Source of the DNA: Anolis carolinensis
Taxonomy: Eukaryota
DNA: 64,000 nucleotides
Direction of reading: 5' to 3'
Assembly (NCBI RefSeq): GCF_035594765.1
Contig: NC_085846.1
Location: 14,805,190-14,869,189, forward strand
Part shown: one piece after another, positions 23,142 through 33,735 of the stretch
How positions within the stretch are numbered: the stretch's first letter is position 1
Layout: each line of letters opens with the position of its first letter
Position numbers and translations under genes: made by a program
Notes under the pieces: model-generated
What the model was told of the DNA's origin: nothing
What the model saw: the letters and a program-made list of their open reading frames with translations, nothing else
Database searches by the model: none

Positions 23142-25456
23142 AGAGAATGCTTCTGGAACATGGCCACACAGCCCGAAAGACATACAACAACCCTGTGATC
23201 CCGGCCATGAAAGCCTTCGACAACACAATAAAAGCAGAATTGCCATGGTAATTTATGTCTTATTGCGAGGCAAAACGCTTAGTCCACTATTGAGAGGCAG
23301 TGTTTGGTTTTGTTAACTGCTATCAAACTGGTTTCCAAATTTTAGCGAACTCAATTTGAGACCTCCAAGTGACTTTGTCATCAACATGTCTTGCAGGATG
23401 TTAATTCCTTGACTGAGTCTAGCCATCTATAATGCAGTCTTTTTCTACTGCTTTCCCCTTTGCCAAGCTTTATGGTCTTTTCTAGTGAATTATTCTCTCT
23501 AAAAATGTGATTTCTAGGGCTAGCTTGGGCTCAAATTGCTCTAGGACCCATTTATACTTTTCGCATTCCAAGGTTAAATGCAGAACTCTCCTCCAGCAAC
23601 ACATCTCAAATGAATTTATTCTCTTTCTAAATTACCTTTATTGTCCAGCTTTCATGATCATACATAAAAAATGGAAATACAATGACATAAACAACCCTTA
23701 CTGCTATTTAATGATATATATTTTAGACTTGTCCAGTTCTATCCTGGCTGCCCTTCGGATTTCCTAGCTTTCTGCTTTCTTGAAAGCAGTCTCCATTTTG
23801 TTTTTTTCATAATTAAGTCAAGGTATAGTAAACCTATGATTACCTTGATGTCTTAATTATTTGCTTGAAAGTTATGTAAGTAATAGTAGTCATTGTTTTT
23901 AGTTTCTTAGTGGTCAGGTATAAGCCTGATATAGACCTTTCATCACTGAATTCCTTCCCTAATCATTCCAAGTCTTTCTTTTTTCTGCTAGTAGTATATT
24001 ATTGTTTGTATATCTTTTAATGTTGACGCAACTTCCTCCAGCTTTCATACCTCCATGTTCTGTTAACCCGCAGCAGCTTTGAGCATAAAGCTTAACCTGA
24101 GAGGTAATGATTTCAGGCTTTAAGGATTGAGTGAGATGCTTCAGCAAGGGACATCTTTGTCTTAAGTGGAATACCATTATAGTTTTGACTCTTAGATTGC
24201 CTCATGCCCTTGAGAAACACATTTTCCTAAGTAATTGTCCCTCTATGTTAGTGGAAGGCTTGTGTCTAAAGGATACAAAAGAAATCTGTAGAGGATAAAT
24301 GTAAGGAAGGGAGAGGGACACCCAACAGGAAATGAGATTTGAGTCCTGTGAGGTTGTGCAAAGGGGTGGTGTATACACAGTGGGGGAAGTTAATATTTGG
24401 ATCTGTTAGTGGTTCAGCAAAGATCAAGTTGATAACAGGAGTGGCAAAACTGTCTTGCCCTATGTTATACTGCTGCAGCTAAAAAGAAAAATAACCCGCT
24501 CTAAAGCTGATATTCTTGATAACATTCTTGGATACATGGATACCTTGCTTCTAAGGGCCCTTCCACACAGCCATATAACAAAATATCAAGGCAGATAATC
24601 CACAATATCTGCTTTGAACTCTGTTATCTGAGTCTAGACTGCCATATATTCCTGTTCAAAGCAGATAATATGAGATTTTATTCAGCTGTGTGGAAGGGGC
24701 CTCGGAGTGCATCTTGCAGAATGAACGCAGTTTGACACTTCTTGAATAGCCATGGCTCAATGCTCTGGAATCCTGGGAGCTGTAGTTCGATGACGCACCA
24801 GCACTCTGGCAGAGAAGACCTTGTAGAACTACTAGTTCCATGATTTCATAGAGTATGGTAGTTAAAATAGTGACAAAGGTATTGATTAAACTGTGGATGC
24901 ACCCTACATCTATTTCTTTTTCCTGGCTTTGTCAGCCTCCTAAATGGTCCCAACAGAAATAAAAGCCATTCCTTGCTTCTTTTTCCACCTTAACAATCAG
25001 GTATCCATATACTGGGCCTCCTAGGTAGGCCAGCAAGGGGAGAAAAGCCTACTCACTTTCCACTTGTGAGAGGTGTGAAGGAGTGTCATAGATCAAGGAT
25101 CAGAAAGATGGACCCACTACAAAATATTGAATTCATCAACGGGAAGCCCTTCTCTCCCTCCCTGCATCCCTTCCAACTCTCTTTGTAAGTGATCTAAATG
25201 CGTGCTTGGGCCAAAGGAACCTAATGCGCAGCAGGGCACTGGCAGGCCTCCGGCTGACCCCAGGAGGCTATTTGAAGGCACAGACTGACGCTATTTTCTG
25301 ACTTTTCCCCTGCACTGCCCTCATCTTTTCACCCTGGTATCACAACTGACCTGGCTTCCAGCAGGACGGGGTGAATTGGTCTCCTTCCCAATGAAAGTCT
25401 AATTTCTAGTATAGTGTCTTCTTTTGCTCTTGTTTTTGTGCCTTTCTAGAAACACT

Positions 25457-25778
25457 GTGGTGGCACAGTGTGTTAAAGCGCAGAGCTTGCTGAACTTGCA
25501 GACCAAAAGGACCCAGGTTCAAATCCCGGGAGCGGAATGAGCGCCCGCTCTTAGCCCCAGCTCCTGCCAACCTAGCAGTTTGAAAACATGCAAATATGAG
25601 TAGATCAATAGGTACCGCTCCGGCGGGAAGGAAATGGCGCTCTATGCAGTCATGCCGGCCACATGACCTTGGAGGTGTCTACGGACAACGGCGGCTCTTC
25701 GGCTTAGGAATGGAGATGAGCACCAACCCCCAGAGTCAGTCACAACTAGATTTAACGTCAGGAGAAAACCTTTACCTT
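25457..25778 (+). mobile_element. Sauria SINE
   Basis: Same family as 6369-6702. Confidence 0.9.
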
Positions 25779-26939
25779 AGAAACACTTTATGAAAAGAAT
25801 AAGCTTGTTTTGCAGGTGTGGAATATAATTTTACAACCCATTCTCAATCTGACCTGCATTGCAGGGGATGTTTCTTTATAAGCAGGTAAAACCAATGGCC
25901 ACCAAATTGTATCAAATGTAACCTTTTCTGTGGCATTTTTTTTATTTTGAATCAATTTTTCAAATTGTGCCAAGAACTACACACTACCCATTCATCCCCT
26001 AATGGTACCCACCATTCTTGCCGCTGAAATAATCAGAAAAATTCATTTTGATAATCTCAAAATGACTTCTTGTCCAGTTGTTATGGCTCTCCGTTCATTC
26101 CTCTGTCTTAAATCATGTCTCCTCTGCATGATTTTAAAACATCTTTTGCCTGATGAAGAAGCCAGTGGAGCTTCGAAAGTGTGCAACCATGTGACTTAAT
26201 GAGGTCTTGGAACTGCATGCCAGTACGGCAGAGAAACAAAGGATGTGAAGCAGGGAGAAGAATGAATGATGCTCTTTTTCCTTGCAGGGTTGAAGGCAGC
26301 CAACTCCTTAATGCTGCTCCTGCCATGCCTTGGGAATATCATTCTCAGGAAACTGGGTCTGGCTTTCGGAACAATGCTGTGACCTAGGAGTGGCACCGTG
26401 TTCTGGAGTGATAAGCCCAGTCTGTTTATACACGGGCACCAAGATGGCAGAGATTTGAGTCCAATCTGGAGAGGATTGTGTGCAGTTGTGTTTGTAGTCT
26501 AAAGAGTCCGATCCCTCCTTTTCCTCCAGGACTTTGCTTTTGTTGGCTGGGCTGGGACTTATATATTTTGCCAGGTGGAAGGCAGCTTATTCAGAAATAT
26601 TAAGAGCAAGTGGTCAACAGAAGTCTATTTCATGTCACATAATTACATAACACTTTAATAGCCATTTATATGGTATCCTTTTCATCTGGAGGCTAATGGG
26701 GCTTGCTTACTTGTTGGTTGGCAGATGACCAGCTGTTAATAGGACAACTTCCTTCCTTATTTTCAGTATACAGCTGTCCTGTCCTATTGGTAGTTTTGAC
26801 TTTTGTAGATTTGATTATTAAAAATGTTTTCTCTAGGAATCATTAAGTCATCCAATGTGTCACTATGGTCCACTTCCTCCATTCATGCTGGAAGACCTAC
26901 AGATTTATACAAGTAATACCCCATTAGGAATCTGTAGGT

Positions 26940-27073
26940 CAGTGGTTCTCAACCTGTGGGTCCCCAGATGTTTTGGTCCTCAATTCTCAGAAATCCTAAC
27001 AGTTGGTAAACCAGCTGGGATTTCTGGGAGCTGTAGGCCAAAACATCTGGGGATCCACAGGTTGAGAACCACA
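26940..27073. mobile_element. hAT-type MITE (CAGTGGTTCTCAACCTGTGG family)
   Basis: TIRs CAGTGGTTCTCAAC / GTTGAGAACCAC. Copies at ~39617-39751, 46052-46184, 46714-46848, 54413-54536, 54891-55024 and 57067-57198. Confidence 0.85.
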
Positions 27074-27864
27074 GCTGTAGGTCCTCTATTGTGATCCTGT
27101 GTTCAGCTTCGGTCATGTTAGAAGACTAAGAAATTCCTAGAGAGGTGTTCCATGAAGTTATTTTTTAAACAATGTCTTTATTTGCATTTTTTCACTTTCA
27201 TGGGGCTCCTGTGCCCCAGACTCCAGTGTATGTGGAGAGCTGGCTGTATAAGTAAACACTCATTATGGGAAAAACTGGCATCTTTAATAGGACAGGATAT
27301 TTTCGCAATGACCTCAAGTTGAAAGGTGGTCACTGAGTACAGGCTTCTACTTCATAACAGCATTACAATTCCACTTTACCTGTGATTGCTGCATCCTAAA
27401 TAATCATAAAGTGTTTTGTTTGGTGAAATACTAGAGCTCTGTGGCTAAGAATTCCAGTGTGCTACTGACCTATGGCAATCCTATGGCAAACCTACCCTAG
27501 GCATTTCTTGGCAAGATGAGTGGCTCTCCCTAAACTGCAAATGCCAAGACTGGCAGTGAAGGTGGGATCATAGGAATAAAATTGCTTTGTTCGGAAAGGT
27601 CTCAGGTTTGGATACAACATGCATGAAAACCTTTGGGTGTTTTTAATAACAATGTATACCCTGTTCAATTGCTTCAAAAGCTTTGAGAATTGCTTACACA
27701 TTAATTTTTTAAAAAGACAAGTACAAGACTCTCAGGCTTATATTCTAAAAAGGCATAACATAAAAAGGAGGGATGAGGAAGAAAAAGGAAAACAAGGCCA
27801 CAAGTTTTTAATATTTTGAGATTCCTCCACATGGACATTATGGCTGCTGGGTGACAATTAAGGA

Positions 27865-28402
27865 AGAAATCTCCTTTGTTGGGAAGTGTTAGCTGGCCCT
27901 GATTGTTTCATGTCTGGAATAACTCTGTTTTCTGAGTGTTGTTCTTTATTTACTGTCCTGATTTTAGAGTTTTTAAAATACTGGTAGACAGATTTTGTTC
28001 ATTTTCATGGTTTCCTCCTTTCTGTTGTAATTGTCCACATGCTTGTGGATTTCAATGGCTTCTCTGTGTAGTCTGACATGATAGTTGTTTTATAGTGGTT
28101 CAGCATTTCTGTGCTCTCAAATAATATGCTGTGTCCAGGTTGGTTCATCAAGTGCTCTGCTATGGCTGACTTCTCTGGTTGGATCAGCCTGCAGTGCCTT
28201 TCATGTTCCTTGATTCGTGTTTGGGCAATGCTGCATTTGGTGGTCCCTAGGTAGACTTGTCCACAGCTGCATGGTATACGGTAGACTCCTGCAGAGGTGA
28301 GAGGATCCCTCTTGTCCTTTGCTGAACGTAGCATTTGCTTGATTTTCTTGGTGGGTCTGTAGATAGTTTGTAGGTTGTGTTTCTTCATCAAGTGGTTCCC
28401 TT
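27865..28402 (-). mobile_element. Older Penelope fragment (GIY-YIG region, frameshifted)
   Basis: Translation MMKKHNLQTIYRPTKK...GVYRIPCSCGQVYLGTT, with a frameshift near the C-terminus. Confidence 0.9.
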
Positions 28403-28660
28403 GTGATAAAGGTGATAAAATGGTCCAGCATGGATTTTGACTTTAAATGGAAATCTCATCCCTCCTCAAATGCAGTCTTCATTTGTTCGCAATGGAAACC
28501 AGCTGGCTATCATAGTAGGACAGATCAATCACCTTGGTTTGGCTTGAAATTGAATCTTTCACCAATTCAAAATGGGACTTTGCTTGAAGCCGGAGCAGTG
28601 TTTTGGATCACTCCATAGGAAGAAATACGGCATTCAGAAGGAGACTCCAGGCCCAGACCT

Positions 28661-29014
28661 TCATATGGCAACTGTGTTTGCTTCTGCCTCTCCCACCAGT
28701 ATGGTCCAGCTGCCGCACCGCTTCCGCTGCCTGTACTGCTGCCAGGCACAACTGGTGGCCACCCCAAGGACCCCCGTCCCCAGCAAGATCCACCCCAACA
28801 CGGATAACACGGATCCAGGAGGGTCGCGAGCACAGGCCACGCTGGTGGCTGCCAATCCGATGATGCCAAGCACCAGTCCGAAGGGAAGCAGGCATTCCCG
28901 GCAGGATGCCTCCACGCCTCCGGTGGTGGTGCCGATGAGGCCCAGGCGTGATGCTGTGCGCTCCAGACACACTTCTTCCCGTTCTATGTTCACTGTCACA
29001 CGATCGTACGGCAT
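28661..29014 (-). CDS. TMEM100-family two-pass membrane protein (divergent paralogue), 117 aa, single coding exon
   Basis: TTGGVEASCRECLLPFGLVLGIIGLAATSVA...GSVLSVLGWILLGTGVLGVATSCAWQQYRQRKRCGSWTILV aligns with recalled TMEM100 (ATGGTELSCYRCIIPFAVVVFIAGIVVTAVA...GSIISIFGLVVLSSG...KRRESQTALV). Acceptor TCTTCTTTCACAG| at 29046/29045, 31 nt before the ATG. Confidence 0.85.
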   Translation of the reverse strand: MPYDRVTVNIEREEVCLERTASRLGLIGTTTGGVEASCRECLLPFGLVLGIIGLAATSVACARDPPGSVLSVLGWILLGTGVLGVATSCAWQQYRQRKRCGSWTILVGEAEANTVAI

Positions 29015-29178
29015 ATTGGGCAGAAGGGCAAGACTTCGTTCTGATCTGTGAAAGAAGAGCAGAGACAATGATTGACAAATGCAAGGATATCGGGATATAA
29101 ATGTCTCAAATAATAATAATCTTGACTTCTCTTGAACCTTGTCTATATCTATTTTGTTTGCTGTGTCATACAATAATA

Positions 29179-29210
<32 letters not shown>

Positions 29211-29407
29211 TAATAATATCAGAGTCTTTGTATTCGAAATTTAGTAAGATTCAAGAAAAGTCAAGATAGGCAGCAAAGGTGGCACCAAGGAGAGCTTCCG
29301 AAACTTAGGTCTTGTCACTTCTTTTCCATCCCTTGGACCAAGGAGGAGGAAACCCAGGGCGAGAGTACTGCCTTAAAAATGCAGGTGTGTATAAATATCT
29401 TTTCCTT

Positions 29408-29782
29408 GAGTTGTCGAAGGCTTAATGGCTGGAATCACTGGGTTGCTGTGAGTTTTCCAAGCTGTATGGCCATGTTCCAGTAGTATTCTCTCCTGATGTT
29501 TCACCCACATCTATGGCAGGCATCCTGAGAGATTGCGTGGTTTGTTGGAAACTAGGCAAGGGAGATTATTATAACTATGGAAAGTCCAGGGTGGGAGAAA
29601 GAGCTCTTGTCTGTTGGAGGCAAGTGTGAATGTAGCAATTAATCACCTTTATTAGCATTGAAAAGCCTAGCAGCTTCAAGGCCTGGCTGTTTCCTGTCTG
29701 GGGGAATCCTTGATTGTTTCATGTGTGGAATTCCCGTTTTCAGAGTGTTGTTCTTTATTTACAGTCCTGATTTTAGAGTTTT
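29408..29782 (-). mobile_element. Degenerate Penelope pLTR with inactivated hammerhead (~29492-29532)
   Basis: Homology to the Penelope 3' end; core reads CUCAGGA instead of CUGAGGA. Confidence 0.8.
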
Positions 29783-31224
29783 AGACTTGGTGGATGTTTG
29801 TTTTGTTTTGTTTGGAATTATATACTCTGTTCAATAGTGCTTAGTAGTTAAGGCATCCTGCTTAATAACCTCACAAAGGGTCTTTGGGTTTGGCCCTGAT
29901 ATTTCAAAATTCTGATTTGGTCCTGATTTGAAAATTTGCATTCCAGCCCTGTTGTTCATGGAGCCACGCATTCCCACACATCCAATAGTAGAACTGGACT
30001 CCTAAAACTAATCCTACCTAATTCTGTCACAGTTATATCCCTCAGTTGTCCCGATTTAGCAAAGACAGTTTCAGTCCTTAAGGCCATCCCACTTATTTAA
30101 GAGAGAAAAAGCAGGATAAAAATAAAAATATAACATTTTCATTTAGAATAGCCGTAAGGTACAAACAATGTAAAGGCACACAAAAACCACAAAACATGAT
30201 GTTGCTGTGGACTACAAAACCCATCCATCAAGCTCACTGCTAGAGATGCAACCTTTCAAAGCCTCGTGGCCTTTCAGTGGGGTCCCTCCAACCCAACAAT
30301 TGTTCATCCCTCTTTTAATGAAAGATATATTAATAGCCATACACATTTGTGGGTTTGTCTATCGATTTGATTATGCATAGGTTTGAGCATTATGATCTCT
30401 GTAGGCATTTCTAGATCCTCCAGTGCATCCACAAGGTAATGCAAGAGGATCCAGGCCCCTTCTACACTGCTATATAAAATCCAGGTTGTCTGCTTTGAAC
30501 TGGATTATATGGCAGTGTAGACTCACATAATCCAGTTCAAAGCAGATAATCTGGATTATCTTCTTTGATAACCTGGATTATATGGTAGTGTGGATCCAGC
30601 CTTAGAGATTCGATCCCATGATCCTAGTCCCAGAGAGTGTGAAGGGCTGACTGTATATCTGAGAGGTATCAGCCTAGTGAGATGCAGTTAGAGGGAAGAC
30701 ACAGGTGTCACTTGCTAAATCTGACATCTTCAAGGTTTTTAAACTATAGTTCCCATCATATCCAATCCCACACACAATTGCTGTGGGTAATGGATTTTAT
30801 AGCCAAATACACATAATGGATACTGCATTAGGAAAGACTAATCTCTTGAAACCATCACTACCAGTACAGAAATTATAGTTACCAGTCTTAATCCTTTTTT
30901 TTATATTTTACATTTTATACCACTTCTCTCTTAGCATGGGACCCAAGTTGGCTAACAACACAATGTTAAAATGTTTACTTAACTACCCAAAGAATCTGTG
31001 GATAAAAAGGCCCTCATCTGGCTCTGAAATTTGCTTTTTTTTTGGGGGGGGGGGGGAGAAATGATCCCCACAGGCTGGAGGTGATGGAGAGAGAGGAGAC
31101 GAGACAGAAATGTCTTTACTTTTGCCCTGAAAGGAGCTTTAAACCCCATATTAAGATAATCTTTTGATCTGAGAGAACAGCCCTGGATAGAGCTCTTTGT
31201 ATCTTGAGAAAGGAACAAAGGAGT

Positions 31225-31782
31225 GCTTTTGTCAAAATGAAGAAGGGAAGAGAATAAAGTTGCTAAGGTTAGGAAGGGAAGGGAATAAGGTTGCCAAGAT
31301 GAGGAAGAAGAAAGTATAAGGTTGCCAAGATGAGGAAGGGAAGGGGGTAAGGTTGCCAAGATGAGGAAGGAGAGAGAAGGTTGTGAAGATGAGGAAGGAA
31401 AAGGAATAAGGTTACAAAGATTAAGAAGGAGCAAGAATAAGGTTGCCAAAATGAGGAAGAAAAGAGAGGAAGATTGCCATGATAGGATGGAGAGACAAAA
31501 AGGTTGCCAAGATGAGGAAGGGAAGGGAATAGGGTTGCCAAGATTAGGAGGCAATAGAAGAAGGTGGAAATGACTAGGAATGAGAGACAAGAAGGTTGCC
31601 AAGATGAGGAAGGGAAGGGAATAGGGTTGCCAAGATTAGGAGGCAATAGAAGAAGGTGGAAATGACTAGGAAGGAGAGACAAGAAGGTTGCCAAGATGAG
31701 GAAGAGAAGGGAAGAAGGTTGCCAAGATGAAGAAGGGAAGGGAATAAAATTGCAAAGATTAGGAAAAAAGAATAAGGTTGAC
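31225..31782. repeat. Purine-rich minisatellite, ~30-nt unit AAGGTTGCCAAGATGAGGAAGGGAAGGGAAT, with a 92-nt higher-order duplication
   Basis: Roughly 16-18 degenerate GGTTGCCAAGAT units; 31501-31592 repeated at 31593-31684. Confidence 0.9.
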
Positions 31783-32127
31783 ACATGTATCCTTTCCCAA
31801 CATGACTGTTGGCTTACCCTCCAGCATTTCATGTTTGTAAACTGAGACACAAGCAATGTCAGAGTGTGATCAAGATGGCAAAATTCATTAATGTGAAAGC
31901 AACAAAAGGTTGCAGGAATTTGCTTTTGTTCGAGTCAGTTGGGAAGGACAAGACTTCATTCCTTCTCTGATCCTCCCTTTGATTTCACAGCAAGTGAAAT
32001 CAGCTGTGAAGAAAGTGGGGCAGGAGAAAGGAGAAAATTGACATTTTTGAAGCAGAAGATTAACCAGGTATTCCATGCCAAATTTGGAGAATTCGAAGGT
32101 GTGTCATTTTGGATGACTGACTTAAGT

Positions 32128-32430
32128 TACACTGCCCAACACACATTTTGGCCCATCAAATGTTAGCCTTGCTTCTGGGTATATTTGACCTGATGATTCC
32201 TAAAATGGCATCAGTTTCCCCCTATCAGATCTAGTTTTTGAGATACAATATTGTTTTTGACATCTACTAGTCTTCATCTACTTGCCCATAAAAAAATCAT
32301 GATAACCTTATCTAAGAAACTAGAGATGTTGAGGTCTATTCAATGCAATTTTCCAAATCAGTGTCCCAAATAGCCAGAGGAACAGGCCTAAAAACCAAGA
32401 CACCAAAAACAATATTGTTGGCCTGTGTTA
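32128..32430. mobile_element. Old DNA-transposon MITE (ACACTGGCCAAC...TTGGCCTGTGTTA family)
   Basis: Homologous copies at ~37421-37720 and ~61822-62112 (reverse). Confidence 0.7.
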
Positions 32431-32525
32431 TCCATCACCCACTCAGCTGATGGCTGTCCTGGCCAAAGGATTATGAGAGTTATAGTTGTAAAAAGTAAGT
32501 TTTCAAAAAAGCACTGGAATCTTAG

Positions 32526-32847
32526 TTAAAGGTTTTCCCCTGACATTAAGTCTAGGCGTGACCGACTCTGCGGTTGGTGCTCATCTCCATTTCTAAACTG
32601 AAGAGCCGGCGTTGTCTGTAGATACCTCCAAAGTCATGTGGCCGGCATGACTGCATGGAGTGCTGTTACCTTCCCGCTATGCGATACCTATTGATCTCAT
32701 ATTTGCATGTTTTCGAATTGTTAGGTTGGCAGAAGCTGGGGTTAACAACGGGAGCTCACTACGCTCACTCTGATTCGAACCACTGACCTTTTAGTCAGCA
32801 AGTTCAGCAGCTCAGTGGTTTAAGCCGCTGTGCCAACGGGGGCTCCC
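32526..32847 (-). mobile_element. Sauria SINE
   Basis: Reverse-complement SINE body and tail. Confidence 0.85.
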
Positions 32848-33427
32848 GCTGGAATCTTATATGACCTTTTATCGAATTTGCATACACCTAACTACATAGT
32901 AGAGGCTCTAAAACACGGTTTCTATATTTCAAATATGTGTAACAGAACACTGGTAAGAATTCCCAATGCAAATCGGTGATGCGCTTCAATCCCACTGTAC
33001 ATCAGCGCCAATGCACATTTGGAATGTAGTAACGTAACTGCTGCTTCTACTGGATATACACTATGAAATGGTGTAATTGCGCCGTTATAATTCCTGCAAG
33101 CAGAAGCCTAGACACAAAGACCCCAAAAGGATTCTGGCCTTTGTCTATACTGCCTTGTGAGACAACACATCTCCAATCCAATATTTAAGCTTGCTTTGAA
33201 TTGTCCTGACATTTCACAGCATGCAGGATAATAATAACCTCCCTTTATTATGTCTGTAATTCCAATGGTTCATAAAGGTACAGAAGATATTCTCCAGGGA
33301 GGACCAGGACCAGCCAGGAAACATTGCACAGTCTGCCTAAACTGCAAATCTGCATCCCAGAGCCATCCCAGGACATTTTGCTATCTGAGCCTTAGAAGCA
33401 AATAGTGTCTCCTTCTCAGATCAAGTA

Positions 33428-33735
33428 CAGTAGAGTCTCACTTATCCAATGTTCTGGATTATCCAACGCATTTTTGTAGTCAATGTTTTCAATACATCGT
33501 GATATTTTGGTGCTAAATTCATAAATACAGTAATTACTACATTGCATTACTGCGTACTGAACTACTTTTTCTGTCAAATTTGTTGTATAACATGATGTTT
33601 TGGTGCTTAATTTGTAAAATTATAACCTAATTTGATGTTTAATAGGCTTTTCCTTAAGCCCTCCTTATTATTCAACATATTTGCTTATCCAACGTTCTGC
33701 TGGCCCATTTATGTTGGATAAGTGAGACTCTACTG
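33428..33735. mobile_element. Tc1/mariner-type MITE
   Basis: TIR CAGTAGAGTCTCACTTATCC, TA TSD. Confidence 0.9.

Larger units (their letters stand above)
19424..23224. mobile_element. Young 5'-truncated Penelope-like retroelement with a long inverted duplication (left arm minus 19424-21310, right arm plus 21311-23224)
   Basis: Arms near-identical. The whole unit is flanked by the 14-bp TSD ACAATAAAAGCAGA (19410-19423, 23225-23238). Confidence 0.95.

Noticed and set aside
28661-29173. TMEM238 (expected from human synteny) or the full 170-aa ORF as the protein
   Set aside because: The motifs match TMEM100, not TMEM238. The ORF portion above 29045 runs through a polypyrimidine tract and splice acceptor in AT-rich intron-like DNA.
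30979-31856. Long ORFs with repeated SSSWQP or KVAKMRK motifs
   Set aside because: They are by-products of the minisatellite, open in several frames on both strands with no splice or start context.
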